DNA from: Pseudomonas sp. ABY48
GTDB lineage: Bacteria > Pseudomonadota > Gammaproteobacteria > Pseudomonadales > Pseudomonadaceae
Reading direction: 5' to 3' (one strand)
DNA length: 40,000 nucleotides
Assembly: GCF_048627035.1 (NCBI RefSeq)
Contig: NZ_CP184478.1
Shown here: positions 9,092-17,974 of the stretch, piece by piece
Layout: the number at the start of each line of letters is the position of its first letter
Position numbering within the stretch: the first letter of the stretch is position 1
The notes under the pieces: model-generated
Databases searched by the model: none
The model's input: only the letters and a program-made list of their open reading frames with translations
Told to the model about the DNA's origin: nothing
Position numbers and translations under genes: made by a program

Positions 9092-12000
9092 TGAGAAACT
9101 TTGTCTGCTGGAATCCCAGTGAAGTCCGCCAGGTTATTAATCCTTACGCAGAGCATATTCCTGATGGGTTATTCCGAGCAGTGCATAGTGACTGGGACCT
9201 TAAAGTCAGCCCACCCATTGGCAAAGCTTTTCAGGATATTAATCCCGCTTCATATTCGGATGTTACTCTGCTCGGGTTCCTCGAAGACTTCCTCCGTGAG
9301 GATCGACCGCATGCTCTAGCCGCGATTCTCGGCACGACGGGGTCAGGTAAATCCCATCTCGTCCACTGGATGCGGCTCAATCTAAAAAGAGATGATCGAC
9401 GCATGGTACTTGTTGTCCGCAAGTCGGGTACGAGTCTGCGTGCAATTGTCGAAATGATCATCGATAAATTACCTGTCGATGAACAGCAAGGATTTCGCGA
9501 TGTTCTCAATCGCGCCGGAGAAGGAACTGCAACACGAGACGGACAGAAGCAACAGTTACTAAACGATCTTGCGCATGCTATCCGAGAAGAAATTCTTCCA
9601 GACGGAGCAGATGAACTGGAAGGAGAACTTGTTAAACAATTGCCGCATCTGTTTCAAGATCCGTATATGCGTGAGACGCATTTTCTACGCGATGGGACAA
9701 TCATCTCTGATATTGTGGATCATATTTTCGCACCATCGAACGCTGGTAATAGACCTGATAAACGCCGTTTGTTCGTGGAGCAAGATCTTCCGCTTGGCGG
9801 TGCTGACTTTATTAATGCCTCAACCAATGCTCAAAACGCAATCAAAGTCGTTGAATTGGAACCGGGCGTTTCCTCGCAGTTGGCGGTTACAATTATCAAT
9901 CGAAATCTGGATAAGGCCACAGCGCGCACTCTGAGCTTTTCAGCCGATCGAGTTGAAGAGTTAATGGGCCGCCTACGGATCCATCTAAAACAGCAGGGTA
10001 AGGAATTAATTCTGCTAGTGGAAGAGTTTGCTCGATTGCAAGGTATTGACCGAGCACTACTTCAAGCTATAACTCATCATGGTGACGATAAGTTCTGCAA
10101 AATGAGGTCGGCCATCGCGGTGACAACTGGCTTCTTCGGAAGCGTTGCAGAAACGGCTTATATGCGTACAACGCATATCGTTGACATGGATAGGTCAGCC
10201 GGTCGAGTTCAGGGGATGGAAGTGACGCCCAGTACGCTTTCTAATTTTACGGCGCGCTACCTTAATACCGTCCGGCTCGGTCTCGCGGGCATAAAGAGTT
10301 GGAGCGAAAACGCAGAACCCGGAGAACAACCTCCCTCGAAGTGTACGACTTGCCCGCAAGTATCACATTGTCACTCCATTTTTGGAGAAGTTGACGGCTA
10401 TGGGCTCTATCCTTTTACGACTACGGCGCTCTGGAATGCCACATCCCGTGTCGATGAGTTGATGCCTGTCAGCCTTAACCCCCGTATTCTCCAGAATAAC
10501 CTCTTGGCTGAAGTCCTAGACGTCTACGAACCTGCGATCCGGACAGGCGATTTCCCGCCGCCTCGGCTATTGGAAAAGCTTGGTGGGCCTAAAGCGTTCA
10601 ACCTTAGCACACGTAATCGGCTTCAGAGTTTAAAGCCTGATGCGGCAGAGCGTCTCATCGCCTTTCTAGAAATATATGATGGATCAGGATTGTTGAAGAA
10701 TTTGCCTGCCCCGTTACGAGAGGCCTTCGGCGTCCCTGAAATACCTGGGATTGATGAGTCGCCGCTATTAATTGACGTACCAGTTGCGCCAACATTGCCT
10801 GTCACGCCTGTCACGCCTGTCACGCCTGTCACGCCTGTCAGCACCGCCAGCGCTAGCGAGATTGCGATAGAGAAATGGATTAATGGAGACGGCCTTGATC
10901 AGGTTGTCGCAGATAAGCTTCGTAAGTTGATATATCCGGCCGTTTCCGAAGCGATTGATTGGGACATGCTCGGCTTAGAGCGTACATCCTTTATGGGGAA
11001 GACTGGTAAGGCGTTCCAGAGAAATAGCATCAGTTTCGATCGCCAGACCACGACAATTCAGGGACACTTACAGGTAAAACTTCGGATACCAGGTGATCAC
11101 GTCACCCCAGTTACCACTGGTGCTGCTCTGCAAGGTTTACTCCGTGCAAGCGCCAACCAGTTCCGCTGGGATTTCGAGGGTGGAGATCGCATGCTGTCAG
11201 CCTTCCTCGACTGCGTGGAGGTTTGGTCAAAAAATGTAGAGGCACAACTTAGAGTATTGAGTGCGCCAACTCCGACCTGGAACCCTTCTATTGCAGCGCT
11301 TCAACTTCTCTGCATTACAGCTGCGATCGGAGGAAAGATAAAAGCCGATGCAACTATCGCTGATATGGTGGATGCTTCATTTGTATCTCTACCACCCGAT
11401 GCTTCTGTTTCATCTCCGCAGATTCGGACGCTTTATGAACGGTTGACAAGGCAACGTGACAAACTCATTAGTGTTGTTCGTGCTCATATTTCTAGCATGA
11501 AAGGCGGCCGTGTCGGGGCCATGCTTGAACCTCATAAGTTTGTTAACGATTTGCGTAATCTTCGTCAAGCAAAATGGCGCCTGGCAATGACAGCGCCGTC
11601 TCCTGATTATGGAGTGACGGACTTCTTGTTTCTAGGCAAACTATATGCCGAAGTACAACGTGACCTTGAGGCAGCCGCGGTTGTTGAGTTTGACACACGA
11701 ATTGCGTGGCTGAACGATATGGAGGAAGCGTTCGGTCATGATGCGAAGCGATCGACGATTATCTCGACGTTAGCCGGACTTTGTGAGCAGGCTAGGACAG
11801 AAGGTATTTCGGCAGGTGGTAACCTCAATCGACTTCTAGTTACAATTGAAAGCTTTCAATCTGTGCAGTTCGATGCCGCGTTGAATGCCGCTCGCACACT
11901 TGCGAAGCAAGAGGATGCGCTCGCTGCATTACCTTATCTGGGGGGGGTTAAGTTGGGAGCAATCGAGGCAGGAAGCAGTTTGAAAGTGGCTTCCATCGCA

Positions 12001-12171
12001 TTCCTTAACAATGTGGAGCAGAACCTCACCACGTACAATGCTGAGTCCGGTAACGAGCACGTTGCGCTGGAGAGTAACCTAACAAAGATCGACGAAGCTC
12101 TTCAAAGCATCCAAACAACTCTTGTTGCCCTCTCTACCTGTGAAAAGGAGTCTCTCAATGGTGCTTCTTGA
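9088..12171 (+). CDS. dpdH: Large P-loop NTPase, DpdH
   Basis: 1027 aa. It has Walker A ILGTTGSGKSHLV and a Walker-B-like ELILLVEEF. A Pro/Val/Thr linker is encoded by a 9-bp tandem repeat. Position and size fit DpdH. Confidence 0.65.
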   Translation: MMRNFVCWNPSEVRQVINPYAEHIPDGLFRAVHSDWDLKVSPPIGKAFQDINPASYSDVTLLGFLEDFLREDRPHALAAILGTTGSGKSHLVHWMRLNLKRDDRRMVLVVRKSGTSLRAIVEMIIDKLPVDEQQGFRDVLNRAGEGTATRDGQKQQLLNDLAHAIREEILPDGADELEGELVKQLPHLFQDPYMRETHFLRDGTIISDIVDHIFAPSNAGNRPDKRRLFVEQDLPLGGADFINASTNAQNAIKVVELEPGVSSQLAVTIINRNLDKATARTLSFSADRVEELMGRLRIHLKQQGKELILLVEEFARLQGIDRALLQAITHHGDDKFCKMRSAIAVTTGFFGSVAETAYMRTTHIVDMDRSAGRVQGMEVTPSTLSNFTARYLNTVRLGLAGIKSWSENAEPGEQPPSKCTTCPQVSHCHSIFGEVDGYGLYPFTTTALWNATSRVDELMPVSLNPRILQNNLLAEVLDVYEPAIRTGDFPPPRLLEKLGGPKAFNLSTRNRLQSLKPDAAERLIAFLEIYDGSGLLKNLPAPLREAFGVPEIPGIDESPLLIDVPVAPTLPVTPVTPVTPVTPVSTASASEIAIEKWINGDGLDQVVADKLRKLIYPAVSEAIDWDMLGLERTSFMGKTGKAFQRNSISFDRQTTTIQGHLQVKLRIPGDHVTPVTTGAALQGLLRASANQFRWDFEGGDRMLSAFLDCVEVWSKNVEAQLRVLSAPTPTWNPSIAALQLLCITAAIGGKIKADATIADMVDASFVSLPPDASVSSPQIRTLYERLTRQRDKLISVVRAHISSMKGGRVGAMLEPHKFVNDLRNLRQAKWRLAMTAPSPDYGVTDFLFLGKLYAEVQRDLEAAAVVEFDTRIAWLNDMEEAFGHDAKRSTIISTLAGLCEQARTEGISAGGNLNRLLVTIESFQSVQFDAALNAARTLAKQEDALAALPYLGGVKLGAIEAGSSLKVASIAFLNNVEQNLTTYNAESGNEHVALESNLTKIDEALQSIQTTLVALSTCEKESLNGAS
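10798..10840 (+). repeat. In-frame 9-bp tandem repeat (cctgtcacg x 4.8) inside dpdH
   Basis: cctgtcacg occurs at 10798, 10807, 10816 and 10825, plus a partial unit. It encodes PVTPVTPVTPVTPV. Confidence 0.95.
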
Positions 12172-12874
12172 GAGGGCTAACGATCTTTCGTTGAGAATCG
12201 CGAAGTACAGTCGTCTGAAAAATTCCGTACTTGAAGCGAAACCGTTTGAGACGCGTGCAACTCAATTCACTAACATATCAGAGAAGCTTGTTCTCACCCG
12301 TGACAGACTTGAGCGACTGTCGGAAGCTGGTATTGATGTAGGCTTTATACCTAAGGATGGTGAGGCGCTCGTAAGCAAGGCGGTGATATTGCGTGAGGCG
12401 TTGCGAACAAATCCCAAGGTCTTAAACGATCCGCCATTTAACCTCCGGTTTGATTTTACCGATCGCTTGCTAGGCATCACCAATGCGGCCGATGCTGAAA
12501 TGCTTGCTGCTTGGAGGTCTTTCATTCACGACAACAGTGATTCTACATCAACTGAGATCCTGGATGCGTTGTATGCAGTTCCGCAGTACCGCCCCATAGT
12601 TTCAAAAATTCGCGCTTGCCAGACCCAACTTGAGACGCTGGCTTCCAGCGTCCCTAACGAACTGAAGATTGCGACGGATCAACTTCGAGCCATTGTCCAA
12701 ACGCATCGTTTGGCTTGGGCGGAAATGACCACTGGGGGCATTCCGGATCCGGTAGTCAGCTTCCTACGTGATTGTGCCGCAGATGGAGCGATGTTGGCCG
12801 GGCTCACTGAGGAGGTTTGGGGATGGCTTGAAAACCGTAATTTACTTAATTCTTTCCGAATAAAGATCAAATAG
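12158..12874 (+). CDS. dpdI: Hypothetical protein in the DpdI position
   Basis: The start is placed at ATG 12158 (MVLLERAND), 8 nt after an AAGGAG and 14 nt inside the dpdH 3' end. The upstream ATG 12122 has no SD. The protein is 238 aa with no recognisable motif; the assignment is by position. Confidence 0.55.
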   Translation: MVLLERANDLSLRIAKYSRLKNSVLEAKPFETRATQFTNISEKLVLTRDRLERLSEAGIDVGFIPKDGEALVSKAVILREALRTNPKVLNDPPFNLRFDFTDRLLGITNAADAEMLAAWRSFIHDNSDSTSTEILDALYAVPQYRPIVSKIRACQTQLETLASSVPNELKIATDQLRAIVQTHRLAWAEMTTGGIPDPVVSFLRDCAADGAMLAGLTEEVWGWLENRNLLNSFRIKIK

Positions 12875-12884
12875 GGGTGGCTCA

Positions 12885-15800
12885 GTGCTAATTTCAGAAA
12901 AGGCGCTCCACCTTCTGGATTCCATAGAAATTATAGAGATGCGATCTCTTGAGTGGGGGTTTACCGATGGCTCACTAAGTGAGGATGAGGCGTTAGCCCT
13001 TGCCAACGTTTCCGCGGACGGTGGAAATGGTGACGAACTGCTTGAGGCGTTGATCGAAGGCCGCCTTATTTACGAGTTCAGAACCAGCAGCGCCGAAATC
13101 CGATACCGCTCTCGTTTCGCGGAGATGGTGCGACTGCTTGCGGCATCAAGGCAATTATTTCCCAATAAGCCTTGGCAAGGTGCTCCCCACCTTGTAGCCG
13201 ATTTTCGAGTTGATCGCCGTCGTCGTAGGTTTCCAAAGCGGGATCTGGATCCGGCATACGTATTGGGTGCCAACTCGATGACTCTCGGCAAAACAGACTT
13301 GCGTAAAGATCTATGGCGGGCTCTGACTAACCGTCCAAATATGAAACTTGCCGCCTTCCAACAGCGTGCTGCTGTACGCCTCATTGATGGCATAGAAGAC
13401 AGTGGGACTATAGTCACGGCTGGGACAGGCAGCGGGAAAACTATTGCTTTTTATCTACCGGCACTTATACGCGTTGGCGAAGCTATCGCTAAAGATAACT
13501 GGGTCAAGGCAATTTCGATTTATCCAAGGGTCGAGTTGCTAAAAGACCAGTTTGCAGAGGTCTATCGTCTAGCGAGAACTATGGACACAGCGCTGGCCGC
13601 TCATGGACGGCGGCCGCTATTGATAGGCACGCTTTTCAGAGCAACACCTCGAAATGCCAAACGCGAAGATCTCATCGCCCATGGCTGGAACCGTAAAGGC
13701 GGAGATTTTGTTTGCCCCTGGCTTCGCTGTCCTGCCTGTGATGGCGAACTCATTTGGCGCGAAACAGACCTCCGTGCGCAGCGTGAGGTTCTTCAGTGCT
13801 CACAACACAATTGTGCGTGTTACGTGCCGGATAGCCATATTGTCTTGACCCGTTCGCGACTTCAAAAAGAACCCCCTGACGTGCTCTTCACGACCACGGA
13901 AATCCTTAATCAGAGACTCTCCGATCAATGGACTCGAAGGCTCTTTGGCGTCGATATGCCAATGGGGAAGAAGCCACTCTTCGCACTCCTTGATGAAGTA
14001 CATACATACGAAGGTGCAACGGGCGCGCAGGCCGCGCTTACTTTGCGCCGGTGGCGTCACCTTTTAAGTGGGCCGATTTGTTGGGCGGGGCTTTCGGCAA
14101 CATTAGGAGAGGCCGCCAGTTTTTTTGCGGATCTCACTGGGGCGAACCCGGACAAGGTTGTAGAGATTACCCCGGCGGGTGACGAAATTGAGGAGCAGGG
14201 TGCTGAATATCAGATAATTCTGCGCGGCGATCCTGCGTCACGTTCGTCTCTGCTTTCGACTACGATCCAAACCTCAATGCTCCTGCCACGTTTGCTTGAT
14301 CCGCCTGGGTTGCCCGTATCGAAGGGGTCATTTGGGTGCCGCGCGTTTCTCTTTACCGACGACCTAGACGTAACAAATCGTCTATATGACGACCTCCGCG
14401 ACGCCGAGGCGTACACCATATATGGCAAACCTGATCAGCAACGCGATCCGCTGGCGGACCTACGTAGTGCAGGACAGGATGCGCAAATCCGTGACATCGA
14501 GGGGCAGCGTTGGCGCGTCTGTGAGGAAATTGGTCATCCGCTGAATCGACGTCTTATCGTGGGGCGGACAACATCTCAGGATGCGGGGGTCAATCAGGCC
14601 TCGAACATCATAGTGGCTACCGCTGCGCTTGAGGTCGGATTCAATGACCCGCAGGTTGGTGCAGTAATACAGCACAAAGCCCCAAGGGGGATGGCCTCTT
14701 TCCTCCAGCGCAAGGGGCGAGCAGGACGCAACCGTGAGATGCGTCCTGTTACGGTGACAGTTCTTTCAGATTATGGCCGCGACCGAATAGCCTATCAGTC
14801 CTATGAGCATCTCTTTGATCCCAGCCTTACAGCTCAACATTTGCCGGTTCAAAATCCCTATATTTTGCGCATTCAAGCGGTCTACGCGCTGATTGATTGG
14901 CTAGCGAAGCGCACCACTACAAACGAAAAGGTGTGGTTCTGGGATTTGCTGAGTCGACCAGTGCTTGGCGCATCCAGTTCTGCTGGAAAAATCCTCAGCG
15001 CAGTGAAAACCCAACTCAGCAAAATAATTCAGGGAGATCCGTCGAGTCTGGCAGATCTCCGCGCGTACCTCATTGCTTCCCTAGGTATTGATGAGGAAAC
15101 TGTAGACTCGTTGCTTTGGGAAGCGCCCCGGTCGCTACTGCTTGAAGTTGTTCCCACTCTAGTGCGCCGAGTATTTCGCCAATGGCAACTCGCGTTTCCG
15201 ACCAATTACGGCGATCGCGATATACAAGTTGATTTTCACCCGCTGCCAGATTTCATCCCGCGAAGTTTGTTCAGTGATCTCAGCCTACCAGAAGTTCAAA
15301 TCATTGTTCCGCCCGCTGATGTCAATCATGCTGAACGCATTGAGACGATGCCAATCGTTCAAGCGCTCAACCAACTCGTTCCAGGTCGCGTGAGTCGCCG
15401 CTTTGCTTTCGAACGCGGTGCCTTAGCGCATTGGGTTCCCGTTGATATCGCCCACCCTGAGCAGGAGCGACGAATCAGTGATTATGCTGAAGAACACGAA
15501 TTTGTTGGGACTTTCCGGGGGAGTTACAACGATGACGGCAACGCGGAGTCCTTTCTGGTTTTCCGGCCTTGGGTTGTTCGACTTGAAAAAGTAGCACGCA
15601 AGGACGCCTTGCCAAGTAGCAATGGACGACTTACTTGGCATACAGATATTGAACCCAATGGTGAGGCACTCACCGTTGGCATTCCGTCTCGTACCCAGTG
15701 GCGTACCTATATTAAGACGGCTTGCTTTTATCTGCATCGTTATCGAGCCAGCGTCAGCGTTCGGCGGTTTGCACCGACGGCACACGCCAATGTTCGGACT

Positions 15801-17447
15801 TTGAAGGATGATTTTCCTGTCACAATTCATTTCCGAAGTGATGGAGGTCTTCCAGCCGCACTAGGGTTCGAGTTGGAGGTTGATGGTTTCTACCTTGATT
15901 TCGATTTGCCGACCGCTAGCGAACTGGCGAGGGTTGAACTCCCGCAACATCTTGCTGCAAGCAGTACGCTGGCTTTTTTACGCGACACATTTTTGACTGA
16001 CGCCGATTTGCCGACTGATCTCAACAGCTTTCAACGCGATTGGCTTTTTCAAGTCCTGCAATCCGCTCTTTTTGCTGACGCGGCGGATACCGATCGTACG
16101 ATTGAGGAGTCCGCATCTGATCTGCTGAGTGAAGATCGTATGGAGGTCGCACTTTGTGAGGTAATGGACGATCTCTTTGGAGGAGTGCCACTCAATCCTG
16201 ACGGCGATTACACAGTCGATGATGTAGATGACATCTACGAGGTGACTAGTTGCGAAGGGGGCGAGGAGGTTGGATCTTCATCACCCCCAACGGCTACTAG
16301 GCTGCGGCAGACGCTTGCGCTTCATCTTTCCCGAGCGATCGTCCGGGATCGATTGCGCGTATTGGCCGGAGAGTTTACGAATCCTGATCCAGAGCGCCAC
16401 AGTCGCTGGCTTCGACGTACCATCGTTGAGACCTTGGGCGAGGCTCTTCTTCAAGCCTGCGCAGTGGCGGCGCCGAAACATGCTGTCGTTGATACCCTTC
16501 TCGTAGACGTACGGGATGACTGCACCAGCAATGTTGCGCGGATATGGATAAGCGAAGCGACACTCGGCGGAGCAGGGGTCCTACAGGCGTTCGCCGAACG
16601 CTTCACAGCTGAACCACGCGTTTTTTTCAGCGCCTTGGAGGCGGCGCTCACCCCAACCGATATCGAATTAGTGGATGGTGGTCTACGCCAAATTCTTGAT
16701 CTTTCCCAATCCGATCCGGACATCGGTGAGCAACTCGCTCAATTACGGAGTACCCATTCCCATGGGGAACGGTCGGCGCTTTGGCAATCATTTTCACATG
16801 CTCTTTCGAGTCGTGGGGCTGTTGATCTGAGTCACGCGCTGGCTGTATCGTTCAACTCCCGTTTGCTTAGATCCGGTGCTGGGCCTGCTCTGGACCGCTT
16901 GTTAGTAGATCTTCAAAAATTCTGGGATGATGTAGAGAAACGTTTTCGAGTGACTGTTGGATTGCGTGAGTTTGCTTATGTTTGTAGCAAAAAGCGGAGT
17001 ATCTCCCTCCGTGTACGTAGCTTCCTCGTTCAAACTTTGCCATTAGCCGTAGCTAATAAGGTGACAATCCTCGACGCCGTGATGAGTTTGTTGTGGCCAC
17101 GAGAAGTTGAACTACGTCAGAAGTTGCTCCGCTCTTATAATCCCTACCGGCAAGCGCGAACCACTGATCCGACGTTGATTCGCTATCTGCTACTTACGCG
17201 TACTGTGGTTACGGTGGAACTATCGGATGATGCGTGGCGAGGAAAACTTAACGCAGCATTAGAAACTGATGGTTCGTGTCGTTTGTCTGTAGTAGCTACA
17301 TCGGCAAGCATCATGCGCGAGACACTAGTTAAACTTGTTGCCACCCCTATAGATATTGGTTATCTACAGTTTTATCCAGTTGTTGAAAGATTCGAACGCG
17401 CTGAAGGTAAAATCATGGTGACCGTTTCACTAAGGGAGCAACTCTGA
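12885..17447 (+). CDS. dpdJ: Very large DEAD/DEAH-box (DEVH) SF2 helicase, DpdJ
   Basis: 1520 aa with a GTG start. Motifs: TAGTGSGKTIAFYLPAL (I), LLDEVHTYEG (II), LSATLG (III), ATAALEVGFNDPQVGAVIQHKAP...FLQRKGRAGRN (V-VI). A Cys-rich insert, CPWLRCPAC...CSQHNCAC, lies between motifs I and II. Confidence 0.8.
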   Translation: MLISEKALHLLDSIEIIEMRSLEWGFTDGSLSEDEALALANVSADGGNGDELLEALIEGRLIYEFRTSSAEIRYRSRFAEMVRLLAASRQLFPNKPWQGAPHLVADFRVDRRRRRFPKRDLDPAYVLGANSMTLGKTDLRKDLWRALTNRPNMKLAAFQQRAAVRLIDGIEDSGTIVTAGTGSGKTIAFYLPALIRVGEAIAKDNWVKAISIYPRVELLKDQFAEVYRLARTMDTALAAHGRRPLLIGTLFRATPRNAKREDLIAHGWNRKGGDFVCPWLRCPACDGELIWRETDLRAQREVLQCSQHNCACYVPDSHIVLTRSRLQKEPPDVLFTTTEILNQRLSDQWTRRLFGVDMPMGKKPLFALLDEVHTYEGATGAQAALTLRRWRHLLSGPICWAGLSATLGEAASFFADLTGANPDKVVEITPAGDEIEEQGAEYQIILRGDPASRSSLLSTTIQTSMLLPRLLDPPGLPVSKGSFGCRAFLFTDDLDVTNRLYDDLRDAEAYTIYGKPDQQRDPLADLRSAGQDAQIRDIEGQRWRVCEEIGHPLNRRLIVGRTTSQDAGVNQASNIIVATAALEVGFNDPQVGAVIQHKAPRGMASFLQRKGRAGRNREMRPVTVTVLSDYGRDRIAYQSYEHLFDPSLTAQHLPVQNPYILRIQAVYALIDWLAKRTTTNEKVWFWDLLSRPVLGASSSAGKILSAVKTQLSKIIQGDPSSLADLRAYLIASLGIDEETVDSLLWEAPRSLLLEVVPTLVRRVFRQWQLAFPTNYGDRDIQVDFHPLPDFIPRSLFSDLSLPEVQIIVPPADVNHAERIETMPIVQALNQLVPGRVSRRFAFERGALAHWVPVDIAHPEQERRISDYAEEHEFVGTFRGSYNDDGNAESFLVFRPWVVRLEKVARKDALPSSNGRLTWHTDIEPNGEALTVGIPSRTQWRTYIKTACFYLHRYRASVSVRRFAPTAHANVRTLKDDFPVTIHFRSDGGLPAALGFELEVDGFYLDFDLPTASELARVELPQHLAASSTLAFLRDTFLTDADLPTDLNSFQRDWLFQVLQSALFADAADTDRTIEESASDLLSEDRMEVALCEVMDDLFGGVPLNPDGDYTVDDVDDIYEVTSCEGGEEVGSSSPPTATRLRQTLALHLSRAIVRDRLRVLAGEFTNPDPERHSRWLRRTIVETLGEALLQACAVAAPKHAVVDTLLVDVRDDCTSNVARIWISEATLGGAGVLQAFAERFTAEPRVFFSALEAALTPTDIELVDGGLRQILDLSQSDPDIGEQLAQLRSTHSHGERSALWQSFSHALSSRGAVDLSHALAVSFNSRLLRSGAGPALDRLLVDLQKFWDDVEKRFRVTVGLREFAYVCSKKRSISLRVRSFLVQTLPLAVANKVTILDAVMSLLWPREVELRQKLLRSYNPYRQARTTDPTLIRYLLLTRTVVTVELSDDAWRGKLNAALETDGSCRLSVVATSASIMRETLVKLVATPIDIGYLQFYPVVERFERAEGKIMVTVSLREQL

Positions 17448-17974
17448 TGGTTTTTCCGTCTCGAGACCTTCATGGTCCTGGCCAAGCACGTGCTGTCCGC
17501 GACCTATTCCAAAGTCTATTTTCGGCTGAGCTAATACATCCAAGTCAGACGCTATGGTTCTTCTTTGCATGGATCTCAGACGTAGAGATCATTGATAACT
17601 CGGCTCGTCAATTCTCCGCCCTGGAGCCAGATTGGCCGGCAGCACAGATCAGATTGTCGCAGGTACTGAGGGCGTTACTGAGTCGTGGAGTACAGGTACG
17701 GCTAATAATCCGTGAAGATGGTCATAATGATTACTTTATAGCGCGCCTAAAGGAGTTAAAGTTGCGTTACAGAGATAGTTTGCAATGGGTTATTGAAAAA
17801 AGTTTCCATGCGAAAGGTTTGCTTGGATCCGACTATTTTCTGAGTGGATCGATGAATCTAACTCTAAACGGCATTTCCGTAAACGGTGAGCATCTTGTCT
17901 TGCGAACGGATCCAGCCGCTGTCGCTGAACAATCCATTCAACTTGAATCGCAGTGGGGGGGGCGGTTGGTATGA
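17447..17974 (+). CDS. dpdK: Small phospholipase-D-family (single HKD-like motif) nuclease, DpdK
   Basis: 175 aa. A TGATG junction joins it to dpdJ, with an AGGGAG upstream. It carries an HKD-like motif, SFHAKGLLGSDYFLSGSMNLT. Confidence 0.75.
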   Translation: MVFPSRDLHGPGQARAVRDLFQSLFSAELIHPSQTLWFFFAWISDVEIIDNSARQFSALEPDWPAAQIRLSQVLRALLSRGVQVRLIIREDGHNDYFIARLKELKLRYRDSLQWVIEKSFHAKGLLGSDYFLSGSMNLTLNGISVNGEHLVLRTDPAAVAEQSIQLESQWGGRLV

